Below are positions 1-13,900 of a DNA stretch of 64,000 nt, one piece after another. The stretch lies in assembly GCA_964016885.1 (NCBI GenBank), contig OZ024749.1, positions 10,106,001-10,170,000 on the forward strand, in the 5' to 3' direction. The notes below the pieces were generated by a model that saw only the letters and a list, made by a program, of their open reading frames with translations, ran no database searches and was not told where the DNA came from. The stretch comes from Eledone cirrhosa (lineage: Eukaryota). How positions within the stretch are numbered: position 1 is the stretch's first letter; every line of letters starts with the position of its first letter. The position numbers and the translations under genes were made by a program.

Positions 1-2694
1 TAGACCCAGTCCTCACTCTCCTCCTTGGGACTTGTGCCAGACGTTAGACCCAGTCCTCACTCTCCTCCTTGGGACTTGAGTCAGACTTTAGACCCAGTCC
101 TCACTAACCTTGGGGCTTGAGTTAGACTTTAGACTCAGTCCTCACTCTCCTTCTTGGGGTTTGACTCAGACTTTAGACTTGAGACCCAGTCCTCACTCTC
201 CTGCTTGGGACTTGTGCCAGACTTTAGACCCAGTCCTCACTCTCCTCCTTGGGACTTGAGTCAGATTTAGACCCAGTCCTCACTCTCCTCCTTGGGACTT
301 GAGTCAGACTTTAGACCCAGTCCTCACTCTCCTCCTTGGGGCTTGAGTTAGACTTTAGACCCAGTCCTCACTCTCCTCCATGGGGCTTTAGTCAGACTTT
401 AGACCCAGTCCTCACTCTCCTTGGGGCTTGAGTCAGACTTTAGACTTTAGACTCAGTCCTCACTCTCCTTCTTGGGGTTTGAGTCAGTCTTTAGACTTTA
501 GACCCAGTCCTCACTCTCCTCCTTGGGGCTTGAGCTAGACTTTAGACCCAGTCCTCACTCTCCTCCTTGGGACTTGAGTCAGACTTTAGACCCAGTCCTC
601 ACTCTCCTCCTTGGGGCTTGGGTCAGCCTTTAGACTTTAGACCCAGTCCTCACTCTCCTCCTTGGGACTTGTGCCAGACTTTAGACCCAGTCCTCACTCT
701 CCTCCTTGGGACTTGAGTCAGCATTTAGACCCAGTCCTCACTATCCTTGGGGCTTGAGTTAGACTTTAGACTCAGTCCTCACTCTCCTTCTTGGGGTTTG
801 AGTCAGACTTTAGACTTGAGACCCAGTCCTCACTCTCCTCCTTGGGACTTGTGCCAGACTTTAGACCCAGTCCTCACTCTCCTCCTTGGGACTTGAGTCA
901 GACTTTAGACCCAGTCCTCACTCTCCTCCTTGGGACTTGAGTCAGACTTTAGACCCAGTCCTCACTCTCCTCCTTGGGGCTTGAGTTAGACTTTAGACCC
1001 AGTCCTCACTCTCCTCCATGGGGCTTGAGTCAGACTTTAGACCCAGTCCTCACTCTCCTTGGGGCTTGAGTCAGACTTTAGACTTTAGACTCAGTCCTCA
1101 CTCTCCTTCTTGGGGTTTGAGTCAGTCTTTAGACTTTAGACCCAGTCCTCACTCTCCTCCTTGGGGCTTGAGCTAGACTTTAGACCTAGTCCTCACTCTC
1201 CTCCTTGGGGCTTGAGTTAGACATTTGACCCAGTCCTCACTCTCCTCTTTGGGGCATGAGTCAGAATTTAGACCCAGTCTTCACTCTCCTCCTTGGGGAT
1301 TGAGTTAGACTTTAGACCCAGTCCTCACTCTCCTCCTTGGGGCTTGAGTCAGACTTTAGACCCAGTCCTCACTCTCCTTGGGGCTTGAGTCAGACTTTAG
1401 ACCCAGTCCTCACTCACCTCCTTGGGGCTTGAGTTAGATTTAGACTCAGTCCTCACTCTCCTTCTTGGGGCTTGAGTCAGACTTTAGACTTTAGACCCAG
1501 TCCTCACTCTCCTCCTTGAGGCTTGATTTATACTTTAGACCCAGTCCTCACCCCCTTCCTTGGGGCTTGGGTCAGACTTTAGACCCAGTCCTCACTCTCC
1601 TCCTTGGGGCTTGAGTTAGACTTTAGATCCAGTCTTCACTCTCCTCCTTGGGGCTTGAGTCAGACTTTAGACTTTAGACCCAGTCCTCACTCTCCTCCTT
1701 GGGACTTGAGTCAGACTTTAGACCCAATCCTCACTCTCCTTCTTGGGGCTTGAATCAGACTTTAGACCCAGTCCTCACTCTCCTCCTTGGGGCTTGAGTT
1801 AGACTTTAGACCCAGTCCTCACTCTCCTCCTTGGGGCTTGAGTCAGACTTTAGACCCAGTCCTCACTCTCCTCCTTGGGGCTTGAGTTAAACTTTAGACT
1901 TTAGACCCAGTCCTCACTCTCCTTCTTGGGGCTTGAGTCAGACTTTAGACCCAGTCCTCACTCTCCTTCTTGGAGCTTGAGTCAGACTTTAGACCCAGTC
2001 CTCACTCTCCTTCTTGGGGCTAGAGTCAGACTTTAGACCCAGCCCTCACTCTCCTCCTTGGAGCTTGAGTTAGACTTTAGACCCAGTCGTCACTCTCCTC
2101 CTTGGGGCTTGAGTTAGACATTTGACCCAGTCCTCACTCTCCTCCTTGGGGCTTGAGTCAGACTTTAGACCCAGTCCTCACTCTCCTCTTTGGGGCTTGA
2201 GTCAGAATTTAGACCCAGTCATCACTCTCCTCCTTGGGGATTGAGTTAGACTTTAGACCCAGTCCTCACTCTCCTCCTTGGGGCTTGGGTTAGACATTAG
2301 ACCCAGTCCTCACTCTCCTTCTTGGAGCTTGAGTCAGACTTTAGACCCAGTCCTCACTCTCCTCCTTGGGGCTTGAGTCAGATTTTAGACCCAGTCCTCA
2401 CTCTCCTTCTTAGGGCTTGAGTCAGACTTTAGACCCAGTCCTCACTCTCCTCCTTGGGGCTTGAGTTAGACTTTAGACCCAGTCCTCACTCTCCTCCTTG
2501 GGACTTGAGTCAGACTTTAGACCCAGTCCTCACTATCCTTGGGACTTGAGTTAGACTTTAGACTCAGTCCTCACTCTCCTTCTTGGGGCTTGAGTCAGAC
2601 TTTAGAATTTAGACCCAGTCCTCACTCTCCTCCTTGGGGCTTGAGCTAGACTTTAGACCCAGTCCTCACTCTCCTCCTTGGGACTTGAGTCAGA

Positions 2695-5600
2695 CTTTAG
2701 ACCCAGTCCTCACTCTCCTCCTTGGGGCTTGGGTCAGCCTTTAGACTTTAGACCCAGTCCTCACTCTCCTCCTTGGGACTTGTGCCAGACGTTAGACCCA
2801 GTCCTCACTCTCCTCCTTGGGACTTGAGTCAGACTTTAGACCCAGTCCTCACTAACCTTGGGGCTTGAGTTAGACTTTAGACTCAGTCCTCACTCTCCTT
2901 CTTGGGGTTTGACTCAGACTTTAGACTTGAGACCCAGTCCTCACTCTCCTGCTTGGGACTTGTGCCAGACTTTAGACCCAGTCCTCACTCTCCTCCTTGG
3001 GACTTGAGTCAGATTTAGACCCAGTCCTCACTCTCCTCCTTGGGACTTGAGTCAGACTTTAGACCCAGTCCTCACTCTCCTCCTTGGGGCTTGAGTTAGA
3101 CTTTAGACCCAGTCCTCACTCTCCTCCATGGGGCTTGAGTCAGACTTTAGACCCAGTCCTCACTCTCCTTGGGGCTTGAGTCAGACTTTAGACTTTAGAC
3201 TCAGTCCTCACTCTTTCTTGGGGTTTGAGTCAGTCTTTAGACTTTAGACCCAGTCCTCACTCTCCTCCTTGGGGCTTGAGCTAGACTTTAGACCTAGTCC
3301 TCACTCTCCTCCTTGGGGCTTGAGTTAGACATTTGACCCAGTCCTCACTCTCCTCTTTGGGGCATGAGTAAGAATTTAGACACAGTCATCACTCTCCTCC
3401 TTGGGGATTGAGTTAGACTTTAGACCCAGTCCTCACTCTCCTCCTTGGGGCTTGAGTCAGACTTTAGACCCAGTCCTCACTCTCCTTGGGGCTTGAGTCA
3501 GACTTTAGACCCAGTCCTCACTCACCTCCTTGGGGCTTGAGTTAGAGTTAGACTCAGTCCTCACTCTCCTTCTTGGGGCTTGAGTCAGACTTTAGACTTT
3601 AGACCCAGTCCTCACTCTCCTCCTTGAGGCTTGATTTATACTTTAGACCCAGTCCTCACCCTCCTCCTTGGGGCTTGGGTCAGACTTTAAACTTTAGACC
3701 CAGTCCTCACTCTCCTCCTTGGGACTTGAGCCAGACTTTAGACCCAGTCCTGATTCTTCTCTTTGGGGCTTCGGTTAGACATTAGACCCAGTCCTCACTC
3801 TCCTTCTTGGGCATTGAGTCAGACTTTAGACCCAGTCCTCACTCTCCTCCTTCGGACTTTAATCAGATTTTAGACCCAGTCCTCATTCTCCTTCTTGGGG
3901 CTTGAGTCAGACTTTAGACCCAGTCCTCACTCTCCTCCTTGGGGCTTGGGTTAGACATTAGACCCAGTCCTCACTCTCCTTCTTGGAGCTTGAGTCAGAC
4001 TTTAGACCCAGTCCTCACTCTCCTCCTTGGGGCTTGAGTTAGACTTTAGACCCAGTCCTCACTCTCCTCCTTGGGACTTGAGTCAGACTTTAGACACAGT
4101 CCTGACTATCCTTGGGGCTTGAGTTAGACTTTAGACTCAGTCCTCACTCTCCTTCTTGGGGCTTGAGTCAGACTTTAGAATTTAGACCCAGTCCTCACTA
4201 TCCTCCTTGGGGCTTGAGCTAGACTTTAGACCCAGTCCTCACTCTCCTCCTTGGGACTTGAGTCAGACTTTAGACCCAGTCCTCACTCTCCTCCTTGGGG
4301 CTTGGGTCAGACTTTAGACTTTAGACCCAGTCCTCACTCTCCTCCTTGGGACTTGAGTTAGACTTTAGACCCAGTCCTCAATCTCCTCCTTGGGGCTTGA
4401 GTCAGACTTTAGACCCAGACCTCACTCTCCTTGGGGCTTGAGTCAGACTTTAGACTTTAGACTCAGTCCTAACTCTCCTTCTTGGTGTTTGAGTCAGACT
4501 TTAGACTTTAGACCCAGTCCTCACTCTCCTCTTTGGGGCTTGGGTCAGATTTTAGACTTTAGACTCAGTCCTCACTCTCCTCCTTGAGGCTTGAGTTAGA
4601 CTTTAGACCCAGTCCTCACTCTCCTCCTTGGGGCTTGAGTCAGACTTTAGACCCAGTCCTCAGTCTCCTCCTTGGGGCTTGAGTTAGACTTTAGATCCAG
4701 TCTTCACTCTCCTCCTTGGGGCTTGAGTCAGACTTTAGACTTTAGACCCAGTCCTCACTCTCCTCCTTGGGACTTGAGTCAGACTTTAGACCCAATCCTC
4801 AGTCTCCTTCTTGGGGCTTGAATCAGACTTTAGACCCAGTCCTCACTCTCTTCCTTGGGGCTTGAGTTAGACTTTAGACCCATTCCTCACTCTCCTCCTT
4901 GGGGCTTGAGTCAGACTTTAGACCCAGTCCTCACTCTCCTTGGGGCTTGAGTCAGACTTTAGACTTTAGACTCAGTCCTCACTCTCCTTCTTGGGGTTTG
5001 AGTCAGACTTTAGACTTGAGACCCAGTCCTCACTCTCCTCCTTGGGGCTTGAGCTAGACTTTAGACCCAGTCCTCACTCTCCTCCTTGGGGCTTGAGTTA
5101 GACTTTAGACCCAGTCCTCACTCTCCTCCTTGGGGCTTGAGTCAGACTTTAGACCCAGTCCTCACTCTCCTCCTTGGGGCTTGAGTTAAACTTTAGGCTT
5201 TAGACCCAGTCCTCACTCTCCTTCTTGGGGCTTGAGTCAGACTTTAGACCCAGTCCTCACTCTCCTTCTTGGGGCTTGAGTCAGACTTTAGACCCAGTCC
5301 TCAATCTCCTTCTTGGGGCTAGAGTCAGACTTTAGACCCAGCCCTCACTCACCTCCTTGGAGCTTGAGTTAGACTTTAGACCCAGTCGTCACTCTCCTCC
5401 TTGGGCTTAAGTTAGACTTTAGACCCACTCCTCACTCTCCTCCTTGGGCTTAAGTCAGACTTTAGACCCAGTCCCCACTCTCCTCTTTGTGGCTTGAGTC
5501 AGAAATTAGACACAGTCCTCACTCTCCTCTTTGGGGATTGAGTTAGACTTTAGACACAGTCCTCACTCTCCTCCTTGGGGCTTGAGTCAGACTTTAGACC

Positions 5601-8600
5601 CAGTCTTCACTCTCCTTGGGGCTTGAGTCAGACTTTAGATTCTAGACACAGTCCTCACTCTCCTTCTTGGGGCTTGAATCAGACTTTAGACCCAGTCCTC
5701 ACTCTCCTTCTTGGGGCTTGAGTCAGACTTTAGACCCAGTCCTCACTCTCCTTCTTCGGGCTTCAGTCATACTTTAGACCCAGTCCTCACTCTCCTTTTT
5801 GGGGCTTGAGTCAGACTTTAGACCCAGTCCTCACTCTCCTTCTTGGGGCTAGAGTCAGACTTTAGACCCAGTCCTCACTCTCCTCCTTGGAACTTGAGTT
5901 AGAGTTTAGACCCAGTCCTCACTCTCCTCCTTGGGGCTTGGGTCAGACTTTAGACTTTAGACCCAGTCCTCACTCTCCTCCTTGGGGCTTGAGTCAGACT
6001 TTAGACCCACTCCTCATTCTCCTCCTTGGGCTTAAGTTAGACTTTAGACCCACTCCTCACTCTCCTCCTTGGGCTTAAGTCAGACTTTAGACCCAGTCCC
6101 CACTCTCCTCTTTGTGGCTTGAGTCAGAAATTAGACACAGTCCTCACTCTCCTCTTTGGGGATTGAGTTAGACTTTAGACACAGTCCTCACTCTCCTCCT
6201 TGGGGCTTGAGTCAGACTTTAGACCCAGTCTTCACTCTCCTTGGGGCTTGAGTCAGACTTTAGATTTTAGACACAGTCCTCACTCTCCTTCTTGGGGCTT
6301 GAATCAGACTTTAGACTTTAGACCCAGTCCTCACTCTCCTTCTTGGGGCTTGAGTCAGGCTTTAGACCCAGTCCTCACTCTCCTTCTTGGGGCTTCAGTC
6401 ATACTTTAGACCCAGTCCTCACTCTCCTCCTTGGGGCTTGGGTCAGCCTTTAGACTTTAGACCCAGTCCTCACTCTCCTCCTTGGGACTTGTGCCAGACG
6501 TTAGACCCAGTCCTCACTCTCCTCCTTGGGACTTGAGTCAGACTTTAGACCCAGTCCTCACTAACCTTGGGGCTTGAGTTAGACTTTAGACTCAGTCCTC
6601 ACTCTCCTTCTTGGGGTTTGACTCAGACTTTAGACTTGAGACCCAGTCCTCACTCTCCTGCTTGGGACTTGTGCCAGACTTTAGACCCAGTCCTCACTCT
6701 CCTCCTTGGGACTTGAGTCAGATTTAGACCCAGTCCTCACTCTCCTCCTTGGGACTTGAGTCAGACTTTAGACCCAGTCCTCACTCTCCTCCTTGGGGCT
6801 TGAGTTAGACTTTAGACCCAGTCCTCACTCTCCTCCATGGGGCTTGAGTCAGACTTTAGACCCAGTCCTCACTCTCCTTGGGGCTTGAGTCAGACTTTAG
6901 ACTTTAGACTCAGTCCTCACTCTCCTTCTTGGGGTTTGAGTCAGTCTTTAGACTTTAGACCCAGTCCTCACTCTCCTCCTTGGGGCTTGAGCTAGACTTT
7001 AGACCTAGTCCTCACTCTCCTCCTTGGGGCTTGAGTTAGACATTTGACCCAGTCCTCACTCTCCTCTTTGGGGCATGAGTAAGAATTTAGACACAGTCAT
7101 CACTCTCCTCCTTGGGGATTGAGTTAGACTTTAGACCCAGTCCTCACTCTCCTCCTTGGGGCTTGAGTCAGACTTTAGACCCAGTCCTCACTCTCCTTGG
7201 GGCTTGAGTCAGACTTTAGACCCAGTCCTCACTCACCTCCTTGGGGCTTGAGTTAGAGTTAGACTCAGTCCTCACTCTCCTTCTTGGGGCTTGAGTCAGA
7301 CTTTAGACTTTAGACCCAGTCCTCACTCTCCTCCTTGAGGCTTGATTTATACTTTAGACCCAGTCCTCACCCTCCTCCTTGGGGCTTGGGTCAGACTTTA
7401 AACTTTAGACCCAGTCCTCACTCTCCTCCTTGGGACTTGAGCCAGACTTTAGACCCAGTCCTGATTCTTCTCTTTGGGGCTTCGGTTAGACATTAGACCC
7501 AGTCCTCACTCTCCTTCTTGGGCATTGAGTCAGACTTTAGACCCAGTCCTCACTCTCCTCCTTCGGACTTTAATCAGATTTTAGACCCAGTCCTCATTCT
7601 CCTTCTTGGGGCTTGAGTCAGACTTTAGACCCAGTCCTCACTCTCCTCCTTGGGGCTTGGGTTAGACATTAGACCCAGTCCTCACTCTCCTTCTTGGAGC
7701 TTGAGTCAGACTTTAGACCCAGTCCTCACTCTCCTCCTTGGGGCTTGAGTTAGACTTTAGACCCAGTCCTCACTCTCCTCCTTGGGACTTGAGTCAGACT
7801 TTAGACACAGTCCTGACTATCCTTGGGGCTTGAGTTAGACTTTAGACTCAGTCCTCACTCTCCTTCTTGGGGCTTGAGTCAGACTTTAGAATTTAGACCC
7901 AGTCCTCACTATCCTCCTTTGGGCTTGAGCTAGACTTTAGACCCAGTCCTCACTCTCCTCCTTGGGACTTGAGTCAGACTTTAGACCCAGTCCTCACTCT
8001 CCTCCTTGGGGCTTGGGTCAGACTTTAGACTTTAGACCCAGTCCTCACTCTCCTCCTTGGGACTTGAGTTAGACTTTAGACCCAGTCCTCAATCTCCTCC
8101 TTGGGGCTTGAGTCAGACTTTAGACCCAGACCTCACTCTCCTTGGGGCTTGAGTCAGACTTTAGACTTTAGACTCAGTCCTAACTCTCCTTCTTGGTGTT
8201 TGAGTCAGACTTTAGACTTTAGACCCAGTCCTCACTCTCCTCTTTGGGGCTTGGGTCAGATTTTAGACTTTAGACTCAGTCCTCACTCTCCTCCTTGAGG
8301 CTTGAGTTAGACTTTAGACCCAGTCCTCACTCTCCTCCTTGGGGCTTGAGTCAGACTTTAGACCCAGTCCTCAGTCTCCTCCTTGGGGCTTGAGTTAGAC
8401 TTTAGATCCAGTCTTCACTCTCCTCCTTGGGGCTTGAGTCAGACTTTAGACTTTAGACCCAGTCCTCACTCTCCTCCTTGGGACTTGAGTCAGACTTTAG
8501 ACCCAATCCTCAGTCTCCTTCTTGGGGCTTGAATCAGACTTTAGACCCAGTCCTCACTCTCTTCCTTGGGGCTTGAGTTAGACTTTAGACCCATTCCTCA

Positions 8601-10700
8601 CTCTCCTCCTTGGGGCTTGAGTCAGACTTTAGACCCAGTCCTCACTCTCCTTGGGGCTTGGGTCAGACTTTAGACTTTAGACCCAGTCCTCACTCTCCTC
8701 CTTGGGACTTGAGTTAGACTTTAGACCCAGTCCTCAATCTCCTCCTTGGGGCTTGAGTCAGACTTTAGACCCAGACCTCACTCTCCTTGGGGCTTGAGTC
8801 AGACTTTAGACTTTAGACTCAGTCCTAACTCTCCTTCTTGGTGTTTGAGTCAGACTTTAGACTTTAGACCCAGTCCTCACTCTCCTCTTTGGGGCTTGGG
8901 TCAGATTTTAGACTTTAGACTCAGTCCTCACTCTCCTCCTTGAGGCTTGAGTTAGACTTTAGACCCAGTCCTCACTCTCCTCCTTGGGGCTTGAGTCAGA
9001 CTTTAGACCCAGTCCTCAGTCTCCTCCTTGGGGCTTGAGTTAGACTTTAGATCCAGTCTTCACTCTCCTCCTTGGGGCTTGAGTCAGACTTTAGACTTTA
9101 GACCCAGTCCTCACTCTCCTCCTTGGGACTTGAGTCAGACTTTAGACCCAATCCTCAGTCTCCTTCTTGGGGCTTGAATCAGACTTTAGACCCAGTCCTC
9201 ACTCTCTTCCTTGGGGCTTGAGTTAGACTTTAGACCCATTCCTCACTCTCCTCCTTGGGGCTTGAGTCAGACTTTAGACCCAGTCCTCACTCTCCTTGGG
9301 GCTTGAGTCAGACTTTAGACTTTAGACTCAGTCCTCACTCTCCTTCTTGGGGTTTGAGTCAGACTTTAGACTTGAGACCCAGTCCTCACTCTCCTCCTTG
9401 GGGCTTGAGCTAGACTTTAGACCCAGTCCTCACTCTCCTCCTTGGGGCTTGAGTTAGACTTTAGACCCAGTCCTCACTCTCCTCCTTGGGGCTTGAGTCA
9501 GACTTTAGACCCAGTCCTCACTCTCCTCCTTGGGGCTTGAGTTAAACTTTAGGCTTTAGACCCAGTCCTCACTCTCCTTCTTGGGGCTTGAGTCAGACTT
9601 TAGACCCAGTCCTCACTCTCCTTCTTGGGGCTTGAGTCAGACTTTAGACCCAGTCCTCAATCTCCTTCTTGGGGCTAGAGTCAGACTTTAGACCCAGCCC
9701 TCACTCACCTCCTTGGAGCTTGAGTTAGACTTTAGACCCAGTCGTCACTCTCCTCCTTGGGCTTAAGTTAGACTTTAGACCCACTCCTCACTCTCCTCCT
9801 TGGGCTTAAGTCAGACTTTAGACCCAGTCCCCACTCTCCTCTTTGTGGCTTGAGTCAGAAATTAGACACAGTCCTCACTCTCCTCTTTGGGGATTGAGTT
9901 AGACTTTAGACACAGTCCTCACTCTCCTCCTTGGGGCTTGAGTCAGACTTTAGACCCAGTCTTCACTCTCCTTGGGGCTTGAGTCAGACTTTAGATTCTA
10001 GACACAGTCCTCACTCTCCTTCTTGGGGCTTGAATCAGACTTTAGACCCAGTCCTCACTCTCCTTCTTGGGGCTTGAGTCAGACTTTAGACCCAGTCCTC
10101 ACTCTCCTTCTTCGGGCTTCAGTCATACTTTAGACCCAGTCCTCACTCTCCTTTTTGGGGCTTGAGTCAGACTTTAGACCCAGTCCTCACTCTCCTTCTT
10201 GGGGCTAGAGTCAGACTTTAGACCCAGTCCTCACTCTCCTCCTTGGAACTTGAGTTAGAGTTTAGACCCAGTCCTCACTCTCCTCCTTGGGGCTTGGGTC
10301 AGACTTTAGACTTTAGACCCAGTCCTCACTCTCCTCCTTGGGGCTTGAGTCAGACTTTAGACCCACTCCTCATTCTCCTCCTTGGGCTTAAGTTAGACTT
10401 TAGACCCACTCCTCACTCTCCTCCTTGGGCTTAAGTCAGACTTTAGACCCAGTCCCCACTCTCCTCTTTGTGGCTTGAGTCAGAAATTAGACACAGTCCT
10501 CACTCTCCTCTTTGGGGATTGAGTTAGACTTTAGACACAGTCCTCACTCTCCTCCTTGGGGCTTGAGTCAGACTTTAGACCCAGTCTTCACTCTCCTTGG
10601 GGCTTGAGTCAGACTTTAGATTTTAGACACAGTCCTCACTCTCCTTCTTGGGGCTTGAATCAGACTTTAGACTTTAGACCCAGTCCTCACTCTCCTCCTT
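2695..10700 (+). repeat. Higher-order tandem duplication of about 3.71 kb (about 2695-6405 and 6405-10700); second copy contains an internal 645-bp duplication
   Basis: The rare variant GCCAGACGTTAG has its diagnostic G at 2791 and 6500. Identical ORF-track entries lie at 4390/8101 (offset 3711), 8101/8746 (645) and 5887/10243 (4356 = 3711+645). Confidence 0.9.
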
Positions 10701-10954
10701 GGGGCTTGAGTCAGACTTTAGACCCAGTCCTCACTCTCCTCCTTGGAACTTGAGTCCGACTTTAGACCCAATGCTGACGCTCCTCCTTGGGGCTTGAGTT
10801 AGACTTTAGACCCAGTCGTCACTCTCCTCCTTGGGGCTTGGGTCAGACTTTAGACTTTAGATCCAGTCCTCACTCTCCTTGGGGCTATAGTTAGACTTTA
10901 GATCCAGTCTTCACTCTCCTTCTTGGGGCTTGAGTTAGACTTTAGACTTTAGAC

Positions 10955-13900
10955 CCAGTCCTCACTCACCTCCTTGGGACTTGAATCAGATTTTAGACCC
11001 AATCCTCACTCTCTTCCTTGGGGCTTGGGTCAGACTTTAGACCCAGTCCTCACTCTCCTCCTTGGCGCTTGAGTTAGACTTTAGACCCAGTCCTCACTCT
11101 CCTCCTTGGGGCTTGAGTCAGACTTTAGACCCAGTCCTCACTCTCCTTGGGGCTTGAGTCAGACTTTAGACTTTAGACTCAGTCCTCACTCTCCTTCTTG
11201 GTGTTTGAGTCAGACTTTAGACTTTAGACCCAGTCCTCACTCTCCTCCTTGGGGCTTGAGGTAGACTTTAGACCCAGTCCTCACTCTCCTCCTTGGGGCT
11301 TGAGTTAGACTTTAGACCCAGTCCTCACTCTCCTCCTTGGGGCTTGAGTCAGACTTTAGACCCAGTCCTCACTCTCCTCCTTGGGGCTTGAGTTAAACTT
11401 TAGACTTTAGACCCAGTCCTCACTCTCCTTCTTGGGGCTTGAGTCAGACTTTAGACCCAGTCCTCACTCTCATTCTTGGGGCTAGAGTCAGACTTTAGAC
11501 CCAGCCCTCACTCACCTCCTTGGAGCTTGAGTTAGACTTTAGACCCAGTCGTCACTCTCTTCCTTGGGGCTTGGGTCAGACTTTAGACTCAGTCCTCACT
11601 CTCCTCCTTGGGACTTGAGTCAGAATTTAGACCCAATCCTCACTCTCCTTCTTGGGGCTTGAGTCAGACTTTAGACCCAGTCCTCACTCTCCTTGGGGCT
11701 TGAGTCAGACTTTAGTCTTTAGACTCAGTCCTCACTCTTTTTCTTGGGGCTTGAGTCAGACTTTAGACCCAGTCCTCACCCTCCACCTTGAGACTTGAGT
11801 CAGACTTAGACCCAGTCCTCACTCTCCTCCTTGGGGCTTGAGTCAGACTTTAGACCCAGTCCTCACTCTCCTTGGGGCTTGAGTCAGACTTTAGACTTTA
11901 GACCCAGTCCTCACTCTCCTTGGGGCTTGAATCAGAATTTAGACTTTAGATCCAGTCCTCACTTTACTTGGGGCTATAGTTAGACTTTAGATCCAGTCTT
12001 CACTCTCCTCCTTCGGGCTTGAGTCAGACTTTAGACCCACTCCTCACTCTCCTCCTTGGGCTTAAGTCAGACTTTAGACCCAGTCCCCACTCTCCTCTTT
12101 GTGGCTTGAGTCAGACTTTAGACCCAGTCCTCACTCTCCTCCTTGGAACTTGAGTCAGACTTTAGACCCAATGCTGACGCTCCTCCTTGGGGCTTGAGTT
12201 AGACTTTAGACCCAGTCGTCACTCTCCTCCTTGGGGCTTGGGTCAGACTTTAGACTTTAGATCCAGTCCTCACTCTCCTTGGGGCTATAGTTAGACTTTA
12301 GACCCAGTCCTCACTCTCCTCCTTGGGACTTGAGTCAGACTTTAGACCCAATCCTCACTCTCCTTCTTGGGGCTTGAATCAGACTTTAGACCCAGTCCTC
12401 ACTCTCTTCCTTGGGGCTTGAGTTAGACTTTAGACCCATTCCTCACTCTCCTCCTTGGGGCTTGAGTCAGACTTTAGACCCAGTCCTCACTCTCCTTGGG
12501 GCTTGAGTCAGACTTTAGACTTTAGACTCAGTCCTCACTCTCCTTCTTGGGGTTTGAGTCAGACTTTAGACTTGAGACCCAGTCCTCACTCTCCTCCTTG
12601 GGGCTTGAGCTAGACTTTAGACCCAGTCCTCACTCTCCTCCTTGGGGCTTGAGTTAGACTTTAGACCCAGTCCTCACTCTCCTCCTTGGGGCTTGAGTCA
12701 GACTTTAGACCCAGTCCTCACTCTCCTCCTTGGGGCTTGAGTTAAACTTTAGACTTTAGACCCAGTCCTCACTCTCCTTCTTGGGGCTTGAGTCAGACTT
12801 TAGACCCAGTCCTCACTCTCCTTCTTGGGGCTTGAGTCAGACTTTAGACCCAGTCCTCAATCTCCTTCTTGGGGATAGAGTCAGACTTTAGACCCAGCCC
12901 TCACTCACCTCCTTGGAGCTTGAGTTAGACTTTAGACCCAGTCGTCACTCTCCTCCTTGGGCTTAAGTTAGACTTTAGACCCACTCCTCACTCTCCTCCT
13001 TGGGCTTAAGTCAGACTTTAGACCCAGTCCCCACTCTCCTCTTTGTGGCTTGAGTCAGAAATTAGACACAGTCCTCACTCTCCTCTTTGGGGATTGAGTT
13101 AGACTTTAGACACAGTCCTCACTCTCCTTCTTGAGGCTTGAATCAGACTTTAGACCCAGTCCTCACTCTCCTTCTTGGGGCTTGAGTCAGACTTTAGACC
13201 CAGTCCTCACTCTCCTTCTTCGGGCTTCAGTCATACTTTAGACCCAGTCCTCACTCTCCTTTTTGGGGCTTGAGTCAGACTTTAGACCCAGTCCTCACTC
13301 TCCTTCTTGGGGCTAGAGTCAGACTTTAGACCCAGTCCTCACTCTCCTCCTTGGAACTTGAGTTAGAGTTTAGACCCAGTCCTCACTCTCCTCCTTGGGG
13401 CTTGGGTCAGACTTTAGACTTTAGACCCAGTCCTCACTCTCCTCCTTGGGGCTTGAGTCAGACTTTAGACCCACTCCTCATTCTCCTCCTTGGGCTTAAG
13501 TTAGACTTTAGACCCACTCCTCACTCTCCTCCTTGGGCTTAAGTCAGACTTTAGACCCAGTCCCCACTCTCCTCTTTGTGGCTTGAGTCAGAAATTAGAC
13601 ACAGTCCTCACTCTCCTCTTTGGGGATTGAGTTAGACTTTAGACACAGTCCTCACTCTCCTCCTTGGGGCTTGAGTCAGACTTTAGACCCAGTCTTCACT
13701 CTCCTTGGGGCTTGAGTCAGACTTTAGATTTTAGACACAGTCCTCACTCTCCTTCTTGGGGCTTGAATCAGACTTTAGACTTTAGACCCAGTCCTCACTC
13801 TCCTTCTTGGGGCTTGAGTCAGGCTTTAGACCCAGTCCTCACTCTCCTTCTTGGGGCTTCAGTCATACTTTAGACCCAGTCCTCACTCTCATTCTTGGGG

